Source: the human T2T-CHM13v2.0 reference genome, Homo sapiens. Taken from it: DNA of 64,000 nt. The notes under the pieces were generated by a model. The model did no database searches. It saw nothing but the letters and a program-made list of their open reading frames with translations, and had not been told where the DNA came from. Location of the stretch: assembly GCF_009914755.1 (NCBI RefSeq), contig NC_060929.1. One strand, given 5' to 3'. The translations under genes were made by a program, and so were the position numbers. Below, in pieces: positions 45,924 to 61,524 of the stretch (position 1 is its first letter; the number at the start of each line of letters is the position of its first letter).

Positions 45924-47659
45924 AAAAAAGAAATAGAGTAAGGAGAAAATGTTTTTTAGAGAGCCTAGCCTGAGGGGAGCAAGGAGAAATGAGCACAGAT
46001 CTTTGTGCTAGGCTTGTTGACAGCTACAGCAAGTACATAAACACGATGAGTTTCATGAGTCTAATTATCCTATAAAAGGATGCTTACCACGCCATTAGGG
46101 AAAGACAGAGCTTTTCATAGTGTAATAAAGTCTGAGTGAAATTTTCATATAGAGACATGAAACAACAAAATTGATAGTGTCTTTGCAAGCATCATGTCAA
46201 AACGTGGATAAAGACAATCAACTCAGAATTATTTCTCAAATTTAAGCAAAGACAATAATGCTAAAACCGAGTTCTCTGAAATTCTTATTATAGGGATCTA
46301 GAATATTGTCATTATGTAATTTTCTGGTGAAAATCTGTCAGCTCTAATATTCTATACCCTGACTAGGGCAAAGAGATTTTAATATTCTTCACAGAGAAAG
46401 TAAACTCAACTGTGTTCTTTATTTTTTAAATTTATTGCTGTTAAAGACATGAGCCATAGTTGTTTAATATATTTTATATTGCCCTATACAAAGCTATATG
46501 CTGATTATTTTTTATTGCTTTTACTATTGTTTTATAACTTCCCTATTTAATGACACATATTGCCTCTTCTAATCTGTTATTGATAAAGCTAGGGAAAATC
46601 CAATCCAATACCTGTGTCATCTCTGACTTCTCCATTAACATTAAAAAAACTGAAATTTTTTCCCCCACAAGCATCTATATGGGGATACGTGGGCAGTAGA
46701 AAAATGACATTCAACCTTAGTCATTGAGTTATTGCAGTTACATGTTCTGTTATTTGTACATATTACCTGTTATCTGTTACATGTTACAGACTTATGATTA
46801 CCGTAAGGCAGTTCTTTGGGATTTCTGCTAACATCTGTTCTTCGCACATGACAAATCCCAGAAATATTTCATAACCAAAAAGAAGTTGTTTTGTGTTGGT
46901 GGACTTTGTAGTTAGTGACTCGGCCTTGTCACTGATGGATGAGAGAATGATAATATGTGATAAACGAAGCAATCATGAGAACAAATCAGCTTAATACCAT
47001 TTATAAAGTTATTTTTATAAATTTCAGCTCTCTGGTTTGCTGTCATCACTCAAGTCATTTCCACCAAGAAGATGAAATGCTATTTCTATAGTGTTTACAT
47101 CTCTTACATCTCTTATAACACACATATCCAACCAACACCCTTTATTTTCTCATCCAGAGGGAATATGATTAAATAATTTATGGAAGGTTCGAGTTGTTCT
47201 AAATTATCACAAAGTAAATGAGAGTCATTCTTGAGCTAGGCACAAGGGAATAATGACTTTCTAAGGTTTTCAGAGCCATACAGTTCATAAAAAAGAAATA
47301 ATATATATTACATTTCTATCCTATTTATATATATTCACTATATTTATTCAGAAAATATCGTCTCTTTTTTCTTGTCCCCAAACACATCCATATAGCCTAT
47401 GAAATTCCCAATATTCCAGTTGCAGTGAAAAATTAATTTAAGCTGAAATTAGAAGATAATTGTTTTAAGTGACAAATGAATTCTAAGTGAAATACGGAAA
47501 ATTTGGACTGCATTAATGCAAAAATATAAATGTTATTTTTCCCAATTATTTGTGACTGAATACACAATTAATATACATGTTTCTTCTTGATAACTTCAAG
47601 GGTTTAAATGAGAGAAACAAGAGATTTTTGTCGTTGATACACGTATTGGGTTTTTTAGA

Positions 47660-48735
<1,076 letters not shown>

Positions 48736-49049
48736 GAGAATGTAGCAGGAGAAAAATGACTTTGGGGAAAAAAGACCTGAGAGAGAAAGATATATTAAAT
48801 GGGGTAAAAGAAATAAAAGGAGAGATGATGTGGATTATGCAGAGGGTCTATCACTGAGCTGGTAGGGGGCATATAAGCCTGAGAACAAACCTTGAAAGTA
48901 ATTACAAGAAGAAAGAATCTCCAATAATTAGAAAGAGTCTGGTATTTCATAGCCTAGGAGCAAACTGGTGGTTGAGCCAGCATACATAAATTTCCCAAAT
49001 CTTACTCCAATCAGAATTACCCATTGCCTAAATGCAAGGAATACACTAG

Positions 49050-49414
<365 letters not shown>

Positions 49415-50409
49415 TAAGCATCAGCATGTCACTTATCTGAGTACAGAGAATGAATGATACGCGTCCTATCTTTTTTGTCATTAAAATACATGATTCCACA
49501 CACAATGCTCCAAAGTCCCTTTATTATCAAGGAAGAGGGAGTTGAATCCTGAAAGTCTAGTGGGAAGATGATGGGAATCTCACACCTCTTCCTGCAGCTA
49601 TAGATGATGCAGTATAATTAAAACTTTCTGAACTGAAGCAGTGGTTGATGACACCTCCATGAGGGTTAAATACTGGTTTATAATATGACTGTTCTGAAAG
49701 CATTCAAACTTAAAATGTTTGTACAACTTAACATGATAAAATTCAACAAAAATTAAGTGCAGAAATTGTAGAGAAGTGAATTAGGAAGGAAAAATTGCTC
49801 AGTAATCAGGTAGTCTGGTATTTGATTGCCTAGGAGGCACAAAAGAGACACATGTACAAAATGAATAAAAATGTGAACAATGATAAATATTCAAGAGCAT
49901 ATGAACAAAGGGAAAGATACATCTTACCAATTATTCTCAGCTTTGTATGTGTGTGTAAAGAAAAAAAATGTTAAATTATTATTAAATCAAGTGAGGTTGC
50001 GATTATATATTTTTGTTCTTAATATTGGTCTATGCCTTTGGACATTTGTTTTTTATGCCCTTTTATGTCTTGAATAATAAGAATTCAGACATAGTAAAGT
50101 CACCATTGAAAATTTGTTTCTGATCATAAATATGCCTTTAATGCATTAAGAAACAGTGTCAAAATGAATTTTGTTAATATTAAGACACAAAAATACTGAA
50201 AATCAACATAAGCTCAGAAATCTAATGTGTAAAAAGGATATTAATTTTCCACCTATTCCACTTCCAGCAACTGTCTTAGGTTTTTCTTGTAATATATTTT
50301 GCTTCCACATTTACTGTTTTCACAGGAGGATATTTGTCTGATTTGAAGTACTTAGCCTTAAATCAGTGTAATTTTAACAATTATATAAACTAAACAATTT
50401 GCATATTCT

Positions 50410-50556
50410 CATTAAATCCTAAAACATTCAATCCTAAACATATTAAATTTTATATTCATTCAATCCTAAAACATATTATATTAAATTATGAATATATATT
50501 AAATTTTATATTCATTCAATCCTAAAACATTCAATCCTAAAACATATTAAATTTTA
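50410..50556. repeat. Irregular local tandem repeat (aatcctaaa x5)
   Basis: Shuffled cattcaatcctaaaa and atattaaatttt units. Confidence 0.85.
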
Positions 50557-50579
50557 AAATGAAATTAAAAACATGTAGA

Positions 50580-53500
50580 GGCATAACAAGATGGCCAAAT
50601 AGGTCACTGATTGACCTCCCCTCAAGAATACCCAATTGGACGACTATCCACATAAAGGAGCATCAAATCAGGCGAAAGATCACAGTACCTGGTTTTAACT
50701 TCATATTATGGAAAGAAACACTGAAGAGTGTAGGAACGCGTGTTGAATCACTTACATTCCCCCATCCACGTTCCCAAACAGTGGGTGCATAGTACAGAGA
50801 GGGAATCTGTTCTTGGGGGAGGAAGAACACAGCGATTGCAGGACTTTACATTGGAGCTCAGGGCTGCCCTGTCACAGCAGAAAGCAACAGCAGGCAGAAC
50901 TCAGCTGGTGCCCACGGAGGGAGCATTTAGACCAGCCCCAGCAACTGGGGAATCATCCATGTCAGTGTTCACAACCTGAGTTCTGGCAAGCCCCAGAACT
51001 GCAGGCCATCGTGCTCTAGAGTCCTAAATAAACTTGAAAGGCAGTTTAGGTCACAAGGACTGCAATTTTGGGTCAAGTCCTAGTGTTGTGCTGGACTCAG
51101 AGCCAGCAGACATGGGGGGAACATGAATTAGTGAGACACCTGCTATAGTGGACCAGAAAGTGCTTGTGCCTTTCCTGCCTCAAACCCAGGCATCCAGGAG
51201 TGTATCCTTCCCTCCACCTGAGGAGAGAAGAAGGAAGAGTAAAGAGGACTGTGTCTTGCATCTTGGATACCAGCTCAGCCACAGTAGGGTAGGGAACTGG
51301 GCAGAGTTATGAGGATCCCATTTCAGGCCCTAGTTTCTGGACAACATATCTAGACACACCTTGGGCCAGAAGGGGATATGCTCTCTTGAAGGTAGTGACC
51401 CACTTCTGGCAGGATTCATCATTTAGGGACTAAAGTGCCCTTTGTCCCTGCAAAATCAGTGGTATCCAGGTAGGACCCACCGTAGGCTTTGGATGAGACT
51501 CTGAGATACACTGGCTTCAGGTGTGACCCAGCACATTCCTAGCTGTGGTGGTTATGGGGAGAGACTGCTTCTCTTTGAGGAAAGTAGAATGAAGAGTAAA
51601 GGGGATTTTATCTTGCAGTATAAGCACCTGCAGAGCCACAGTGGGGTAGAGCACCAAGTTGGCTCTTGGCTTCCCCAATTCCAAGCCTTGGCTCTCAGAC
51701 AGCATTTCTGGACCTTCTCTGGGCCACAGGGAAAATCACTGCCATGAAGGGAGAGTCCCAGGCCTGGCAGCATTCACTACAAGCTGACTGAAGAGCCCCT
51801 GGACCTTGAGTGATCATCATCAGTAACCAGGCAGTACTCGTTGTGGGCTTGGTGTGGTGGTGGACATGGAGAGCGACTCCTCTGCTTGTGGAAAGGGAAG
51901 ATAAGAGTGGGAAGAACTTTGTCTTGTGGTGTGGGTGCCAGCTCAGCTACAGAAGAATAGAAAAGCAGGTAGAATCCAAGTTTTCCAACTCCAGGCCCTG
52001 GCTCCTAGACAGTATCTCTGGACTCACCCAGAGCCAGTGGAACCGATCACCTGGAAGGGAAAGACACAATCCTGACTGGCTTTGCAACTTGCTGAGTATA
52101 GAGCCCTAGGGCCTGAGTCAACATAGGTGATAGCCAGGCAGTGATTGCTGTAGGTCTTAGGTGAGACCCAGTACTGTACTAGTTTCAGGTTTGATCCAGC
52201 ACAGTCCCAGGAGCAGTGGCTGCAGAAGTGCTGTGTCACTTCTCCTCAACTCCAGGTAGCTCAGGAAAGGAAGAGAGTGACTTCATTCATTTGAGAGAAA
52301 TAAGAGATTAGAACAAGAATCTCTGCCTGGTAGTGAAGGGAATTTGTCCAGATCTTATCCAAGACCACAAGGTGGTACGTCAAGAAATCTGCAAGAGCCA
52401 CAGCATTACTGGGCTAATGGTGACCTTAATGCAGATATGGCTGCAGAGACAAAAATATCAGATTTATAACCCTCAAGTCCTTCTGAATGCCTTGAAAGCT
52501 ATTTCAAGAAGGTTATACACATACAAGCCCAGACTGCAAAGAATAAAATAAACGCTAAACTTTTTTATGTCTGGACACCTATGAACATTCACAAGCATCA
52601 AGTCCATCCATGAAAGCATGCATTCACCAAATTAAAAAACACACTAGGGACCAATCCTAAGGAGACAGAGATATGTGCCCTTTCAGACAGAGAATTTAAA
52701 ATAGCTGTTTGGAGGAAATGCAACAAAATTCAAAATAACACAGAGAAGATATTCAGAATACTATCGGATATATTTAACAAAGAGATGAGAAGAATCAAGC
52801 AGAAATTCTGGAGGTGAGAAATGCAACTGACATGCTGAAGAATGCATCAGAGCCCCTTACCAGCAGAATTGATTAAGAACAAGAAAGAATTGGTGATTTT
52901 GAAGACAGGCTATTTAGAAATATAGAGTCAGAGGAGAGAGAGATAGGGGTAGAAATTTTATTCAAAAGGGTAATAACAGAACTTCCGAAACCTGGAGAAA
53001 GATATCAATATTCAAGTATAAGAAGGTTATAGAAGACTAAGAAGATTTAAACCGAGTTAAACTACCTCAAGACATGTAATAAACAAACCTCCAAAGAGAA
53101 AGATTAAAGAAAGGATCCTAAAAGCAGCAAGAGAAAAGCAATAATACATGTACAATACATACAATAACATACAATGAAGCCCCAATACATCTGGTAACAC
53201 GTTTTTCAGTGGAAACCTTACAGGCCAGGAGAGAGTGGCATGACATATTTAAAGTGCTGAAGAAAAACACTTTTATCCTACAAAAGTGATGGCAGTGGCA
53301 GCCTGCCTGGAGCAGCCCCTGCCAAGATGGCAGCTGCAGCAGGGGATGCGTAGCCAGGGTTGCATGGTCCATGGAACCTGTAAGACCTAGGAACAGGCAG
53401 GAGCCCCACCCCCTACTGAGTTGGCAGGGCAGGAGCCCATGTTCGCAGGTGCAACCGCATGCATTTGCTCAACTGCAGCTCTGGATCTGGGCATCCCTGC

Positions 53501-56500
53501 CCTCTTGGGGGCCCGGGAAGCCTTCCCTGCCACTGCATGCTCAGAAGTGCCTGCTCTCACTCCCAGACCTCTCCCTACTCATGGCATCTGCTCTGATTTC
53601 AGAGCAAAATTGAAGCTGAGCCCTGGATCTGTCCTAACCCAGCAGGGTGTGTGCACACTCAGGGCAGCTCTGACATGCCAGACACCCACCACCTTTGTCC
53701 CCTCTGAAACTTTGGGAACTGATGATTGTGAGAAGGAGGCCGAGGGCACTGAGGGCAACTTGGGTGTGGGTCTGCAGGTGCCCCTTACCCCCAAACAGCC
53801 TGGACAGACAGGCTTCTGGGCAGAAAGGGGCAGGTCCCTGGTGAAACCTTATCTTTAAGTCAGGGACAGCCTGAAGCCTGGGGGCCTGGCTGCCAATTCC
53901 AGGTAGACTCTGTGGCCTGGAGGGAGAACTTACGGTGCTTTTCCTGGGCCCTCGCATGGCTGTCCATGGACAAATCAGCATGCTCTTCCTTCCTTCTGAG
54001 CCCATAAAAACCCCAGATTCAGCCAGAGTTACACAGACATCAGGACTACCAGCTGTAGAAAGGAAATATCCACCACGGGTCTCCCTTCCACTGAAGGCTG
54101 GAAACTCATCAGGACAACCTGCCTGCAGAAGGAGCTACCCACTTCAGATCTCCTGAGAGCTCTTCTGTCACTCAGTGAAGCTCTTCTCCACCTTGCTCAA
54201 TCTCCAGTTGTCCAAGTATCTCATTCTTCCTGCATGCAGGACAAGAACTAGGCACTCACCAAATAGTAGGACTGAAAGAGCTGTAACACAAACAGGGCTG
54301 AAACTTGCCTGCTGCCCACCACATTGCAGGTGACAAGAAGGAGAGATGAGCTGCAGCCCTTCATGGTTCCCAGGCCTAAGGGCTCTCTGAGCCAGGGCTG
54401 TGATGCTCTCTCCAGGGCTCTGTGATTCCTGGTATCTCCAAGCTTTCAAGTGCCACCGTCTTCCCTGGAGCCAAAGTGGAAGCTGCTTGCATTATGCCTG
54501 ATCCAGCTGCAGCCTTACATGGATCCAGTGCCTATACTGCCAGCTGGAGCTGCCTGCCCTGCCACAGCTGGCACACCTGGCTGTGTGCAGTGGCCGGATG
54601 CCACACTCGCTCACACACCCATTGCCGCTCCATACCTGCCTTGCCCTTGGCAGGCATGGGATCTGGGCTGGTAGCATGATTCAAGCTCAGCCTTCCAGGT
54701 CGAGTAGGCTGAACAAGCCCAGAGGGCCTGAGCAAAACTTGGGCAAAAGTGCCACTGGCCACAGAGTTTTCCAGCTGAAAAAACTACACCCTAAGGATCC
54801 TGTGACAGTAGCGTATCCAGTCAAAATATCCATCAAACACAAAGGAGAAATAAATAATTTCCCAAACAAAAGCTGAGGAATTTCATCAATACCAGACCTG
54901 TCCTACAATAAATGATATAGAGAGTTCTTCAATGTGAAAGAAAAAAGATGTTAATGAGCATAAGAATTCACGTGAAGGTGTAAAACTAACTTGTAATAGT
55001 ATATACATAGAAAAACACAGAATAGAATAATACTGTAATTACTAGTGTCAAGTACTCATATCTTGATTAGAAAGACTAAAAGATGAACTAATCAAAAATA
55101 ACTACTACAACTTTTCAAGATACAGAAAGTACAAGATATAAATAGAAACAACAAAAAGTTAAAAAGTAGAGCGTAGAAGTTAAAGTGTAATTTTTATTAA
55201 TTTTCTCTTTGCTTGTTAGTTTGTTTGCTTACACAATCAGTGCTCAGTTGCCATGAATTTAAAATAGTGAGTTATAAGATATTCTGTGTAAGCCTCATGA
55301 TAACCTCAAATAAAAAAAACTATAAGAGATACACAAAAAATAAAAAGCAAGAAATTAAAACATGCTACCAGAGAAAATTACCTTCACTAAAAGGAAGACA
55401 AGAAGGAAGAAACAAAGGAGGAGAAGACCACAAAACAACGAGAAAACAAATAACAAAATGGCAGGATTAAGTCCTTACTTGACAATAATAACATTGAATG
55501 CTCTAAATCTTCAATCAAAAGACACAGAAAGACCTATAGTGGCTGCTGAATAGATAAAAAATAAATGTAATGATATGTTGCTAACAAGAAACATACTGCT
55601 CCTATAAAGATACACGTACACTGAAGATAAATCGATGAAAAAAAGACAGTCTGTGCAAATGGAATCAAAAAAGAGCAGAAATAGCTATAATCATATCAGA
55701 CAAAATAGATCACAAGACATAAACTATAAGAAGAGACAAGAATGTCATTATGTAAGGATAAAGAGGTTAATTCAGCAAGAATATAAGAATTATAGATACA
55801 TATGCACTCAACAGTGGAGCACTCAGATATAGAAAGCAAATACTGTTGGAGCTAAAGAGAGAGATAGACCTCAATACAATAATAGCTGGGGACTTCAATA
55901 CCCCATTGTCTGCATTGGACAGATCATCCAGACAGAAAATGAACAAAGGAACATTAGACTTAGTCTGCATTGTAGACCAAACTAATAGATATTTATAGAA
56001 CATTTCGTCCAATGGCTGCAGAATATATTCTCCTGCACAGCACATGTATTAGTCTGAAGGACAGACCATATGTTAGGCCACAAAACAAGTCTTAAATTTT
56101 TTCAATGAAATTAAATATACTATTTCTCTGACCACAATAAGATCAAATAAGAGGAAATCAATAAGAAGAAGAATTTCTGAAACTCTGAAAACACATGGAA
56201 ATTTAACAATATGCTTCTGAATGACCAGTGAGTTAATGAAAAAATCAAGAAAGAAATTTAAAAATTTCTTAAAACAAATGATAATGGAAACATAATGTAT
56301 GACAACCCATGGAGATACAGCAGAAGCGGTACTAAGAGGAAAATTTAAAGCGATAAGCTCCTACGTCAAAAAAAAAAATAAAAACCCTCAAGCAAACAAC
56401 CTTATTATGCATCATAAAGAGCTAGGAAAACAAGAGTAAACCACACCCCAAATTAGAAGAGTAAAAGAAATAATAAATATAAGAGCAGAAATAAATAAAA

Positions 56501-59500
56501 TTTAAATTTTAAAAAATGCAGATCAAAGAAACAAAAAGTTGGTTTTTTGAAAACATATGATTGACAAATTTTAGCCAGACTCACTACAGAAAAAAAGAGA
56601 AGACCCAAATACATAAATCAGAGATTTAAAAGGATGCATTACAAACATTACTGCAGAAGTTCAAAGGATAGTTAGAGGCTACTATGAACAACTATATGCC
56701 AATAAATTAATAAACCTAGAAGAAACTGATAAATTCCTATATATAAGAAACCTACTAAGATTGAACCATGAAGAAATACATAATCTGAGCAGATCAATAA
56801 CAAATAATGAGATCAAAGCCATAATAAAAAGTCTCCTAGCAAAGAAAAGCCTGAGATCTAATGGCTTTACTTCTAAAATTTACCAACCACTTAAAAAAGA
56901 GCTAATACCAATCATACTCAAACTATTCTGAAAAACAGGAGAGGAAAGAATACTTCCAAATTCATTCTACAAGTGCAGTATTACCTTGATACAGAAAATA
57001 GACAGACACATCAAAGATAAACAAAAAGAAAAAAGAAAAAGTACAGGCCAATATCCATGATGAACACTGATGCAAAAATCCTCAGCAAAATATTAGCAAA
57101 CCAAATTAAAAAGATCATTCTTTAGGATGAAATGGTATTTATTCCAGGGGTGCAAAGATGATTGAACATATGCAAATCAATCAGTGTTATACATCATATC
57201 AACAGAATGAAGGATGAAAACCATATGATCTTTTCAATTGACACTGGAAAGGCATTTGACTAAATTCAACATTCCTTTATGATAAAAACCCTGAACAACG
57301 TGAGTATAGAAAAAGCATAACTCAACACAATAAAAGCAATACACAACAGACCCACAGCTAGTATTATGCTAAATGAGGGAAAACTGAAAGCCTTTCCTCT
57401 AATACGTGGAACTTGACAAACGCTTACTTTCACGACTGTTGTTATACATCATACTGGAAGTCCCATCGAGGGGAATCAGACAACAGAAAGAAATAAAGGG
57501 CATCCAGATTGAAAGATAATAAGTCAAAGTATCATTGTTTACAGATGATATAATCTTACATTTGAAAGGACCTAAAGACTATAGCAACAAACTATTGAAG
57601 TCATAAATGAATTCAGTAAATTTGCAGGATACAAAACCAACATAGAAAAATTAGTAACATTTCTATAGCCAAACAGCAAACAATCTGAAAAAAACAGTCA
57701 AGAAAGTAATCTCATTAATAGTAGCTACAAATAAAATAAAATACCTAGGAATTTACTTAAAGAAGTAAAAGATCTCTACAATGAAAACTGTAAAACAATG
57801 GTGAAAGATATCACAGAGAACACAAAAATGAAGATATTTCATGTTCAGAAATTGAAAGAATCAATATTGTTAAAATGACCATACTCCCCAAAGCAATCTA
57901 TAGATTCAATGCAATCTCTATCAAAATGCCAATGATATTCTTCACAGAAATAGCAGAAACAATCCTAAAATTTATGTGGAATCACAAAAGACCTAGGATA
58001 GCCAATGCCATGCAGAGCAAAAAGAACAAAACTGGAGGAATCACATTACTTGACTTCAAATTATGCTACAGAGCTATCATAACCAAACCAGCATGGTATT
58101 GGGATAGAAAGCGATGCATAGACCAATGGAACAGAATAGAGAACCCAGAAGAAAATCTATACAACTACAGTGAACTCAGTTTTGACAAGAATACAAAAAA
58201 CATACATTGGGGGAAGCATAGTCTCTTCAATAAACGGTGCTGGAAAACCTGGATATCCATATGTCTATGAGTGAAAGTAGCCCCCTATCTCTTGCCATAT
58301 ATAATAATCAAATCAAAATGAATGAAAGACTTAAAATTAAGACCTTAAACTATGAAACTACTATAATAAAACATTTGAGAAACTCTTCAGGACATTGAAC
58401 TGGCCAAAGACTTATTGAGCAATGCCCATTTTTGCAGACAACTAAAGCAAAAATGAGTAAATTGGATTACATCAAGTTAAAAAAGTTCTGCACAGCAAAG
58501 GAAACAATCAACGTAACGCAGAGACGACAGACAAAATGGGAGAAAATATTTGCAAGCTATCTGCCTGACGAGGGATTAATGACCAGAATATAAAAGGAGC
58601 TCAAGCAACTTTTAAAGGAAAACAACAACTAATAATCTGGCTAAAAATGGGTAAAGGGTTTAAACAGACATTTCTCAAAAGAATACATCAAGTGGCAAAC
58701 AGGTACATGAAAAGTGCTCAACACCATTGATCATCAGAGAAATGCAAATCAAAACTACCATGAGATATCATCTCACCCCAGTGTGGCTTTTACCCAAAAG
58801 ACATGCAATAACAAATGCTGGTGGAGGTGTGGAGAAAATAGAACCCTTATACGCTCTTGTCAGGAATGTGAATTGGTACACCCACTATGGAGAATAGTTT
58901 GGCCGTTCCTCAAAAGACAATAAATAGAGTTACCTTATGATCCAGCAATCCCACAGCTAGGTATATACAAAAGAATGGAACTCAGTATAGTGAAGTAATA
59001 TTTACACTCCCATGTTTATTGCAGCACTATTCATAATAGCCAAGAATTAGAAGTAACCTAAGTTTCCATTAACAAGTAAATGAATAAAAGAAAAGGTACC
59101 TATACACAATGTTGTAATAATCAATTATGAAAAAAAATCACATCCTGTCATTTGCAACAACATGTATCTAACTGGAGGTCACCATGTTAAGTGAAATAAG
59201 TCAGGCACAGAAAGACAAATTTTGCATGTTTTCACTTATTTGCAGAAGCTAAAAATTAAAACAATTGAACTACTGGAGTTCAATGTGCTACTCATGGAGT
59301 AGCACAATGGTTACCAGAGGCTGGGAAGGGTACTGGGGGCTGGGGGCAGGAGTAAGTGTAATTGGCTGATGGATACCAAAATATAGTCAGATAGAATGAA
59401 TAAGATCCAGTATTTGATAGCACAAAGGGGTGACTATGGTCAACAATAATTTATTGTAGATTTTAAAATAACTTAAAAAGATGGATTGTTTGTAACACAT

Positions 59501-59632
59501 AGAAAGAAGGTAATGGATACCTCATTGGCTCTGATGTGACTATTACGCATTGTATGCCTTTATCAAAATAGCTTATGTACCGCCATAAATATATACACCT
59601 ACTATGTACCCCCAAAAACTAAAAATTAAAAA
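50580..59632 (+). mobile_element. Full-length L1MA2/3-type LINE (decayed), split by MER52
   Basis: caagatggcc at 50587; ~2-kb 5'UTR with internal repeats; decayed ORF1; ORF2 from ~55458 (track 57875..58270 [12 protein letters not shown]); L1MA 3'UTR ending cacctactatgtacc...aaaaattaaaaa. Weak TSD aacatgtagag / aacatgaagtg. Confidence 0.88.
53287..54807 (+). mobile_element. MER52-type ERV1 solo LTR
   Basis: TG...CA ends (tgatggcagtggcagcc...aggatcctgtgaca), GC-rich, TATA-like cccataaaaacccc at ~54001, 4-bp flanks aaag/gtag. The host L1 ORF1 resumes seamlessly after it. Confidence 0.88.
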
Positions 59633-59919
59633 TTTCAACATGAAGTGAGCACTTAACTGCTTTAAAAGAAAGCATATATGAAATAAAATATGTAAAAATT
59701 ATAATGCTGATAAAGCTTAACATGCTGGAATATAAAAATTTATTAACTTAGTTTTATTTTCTAAAAACCAAAAGAAGAAAAGAAAAATGATTATATACAA
59801 TATATTTACCATACTATCATTTACACAGCTTAATTTGGAAATATGTTTAAATATTCATTCAAGTGAATTTTGATATATCTTCATTGTGGAACTTTATGGA
59901 GTCATTTGTGGGACACTGT

Positions 59920-60110
59920 TACAGTGATTATGAGTGAGTGTTTTGGGGATGACACAATTTGAATTGAAATCTGAAATGTTCTACTTACTAGATATGTGAC
60001 CTTGACAAATTGTATATCCCCTCTATACTTCAGTCTTTTTGACCCAAAATGGGAGAGAAAAGTTACACGCTGTTGCACATGGTGATAGAGGTACTAGTAG
60101 TGTTAGTCAT
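59920..60110 (+). mobile_element. MIR SINE
   Basis: ttctacttactagatatgtgaccttgacaaatt...cctctatacttcagtc...aaaatggg. Confidence 0.7.
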
Positions 60111-60539
60111 GAAATCTACACTGAAAACTCACTTTTGTCTAGAAATTATGGTTCCTTTTTATTTATTATTTATGCTAGAAAATATACAGTGATCTGTCCA
60201 TTAAATCTGTCTCATTATGTAATAGACCTATTCAGATTATATATTTAATATATAACATATCAAATATGTAGCAAATTCCAGATTTCGGTCTATGTTATCT
60301 CACTCTAGAAACTTGCAAGCATAATCACCGTAACAGTGTCTCACAAATGACTCCATAATATATATGAGGTCATATATTACTCTGATTATACCAGATATAC
60401 ATACTCTGATTATATCTGATTGTCACAGACTACTTAAGGACAAATACAATGCTCATGACATAGTATTAAATGATTGAATTAACAAAGCAGAATGATGCAA
60501 CAGATCATTATTTTGCCAAAATTTCATAAGAGTTACTTA

Positions 60540-60842
<303 letters not shown>

Positions 60843-60972
60843 TGACTTATTTAAGAATATCTGTCTATCAACTACCTTTGTTTCCATTTATTCTTTAGAA
60901 CATAATGAAAGGAACATCATTTCAGAATGCAGAAATGAAGTCCAGTTGAAACGTTTGTGGGGTGCAGGTTCC

Positions 60973-60997
60973 TGTGTGTGTGTGTGTGTGTGTGTGT
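60973..60997. repeat. (TG)n microsatellite
   Basis: Directly visible. Confidence 0.9.
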
Positions 60998-61524
60998 ACA
61001 TTATCCTCTTTTTAAGTTTTCCTTTATTAAGAAAATGTCAAGTGACATGTAGACATTACAATTTTTTGTCAGAGGTTGATGATAGTATTTGTTCACATAT
61101 CTAAGCAATTTAGCACAAGAAAGCATGGCCCACTCTGCTTTTAAAAGGTTTACTAGCGATCCATAGACCGGCCCTTTGTTCACAACCAGGTGGTTTCTGT
61201 AAATGATGTTTTGGAATCGCTTATTACTTGCAGTGGGGCATAACAGGGCACCACAGGGCTATCCAATGTCATAGCTGTGTTACACTACTCGACACAGGTT
61301 CACTGGACAGGGCACCTTATATTCTCAAGTGACTTTTCACAGGAATTTTACAAATACTTCACGATATCTGCCCTCCTTAAAATATGTATAATTGTTCTTT
61401 GTGTATCTTGGATAATACTTATAGTTTTAAATTACATCTTCTATGCTAACAATAATTAACTATTTGATAAATCCCAAGGGGTCTTTAGGGAGAGTTGACT
61501 GAGGTTCCACTGATACAATAGTCT

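Noticed and set aside
50410-50556. CRISPR-like repeat-spacer array
   Set aside because: Eukaryotic context, no unique spacers, no cas genes.
51200-52200. Three diverged ~300-bp repeats as a novel array
   Set aside because: Consistent with the internal repeat structure of L1MA-type 5'UTRs.
53118-54876. Dense overlapping ORFs suggesting a gene
   Set aside because: They lie in or overlap the GC-rich MER52 LTR, which is poor in stop codons; no recognisable domain.
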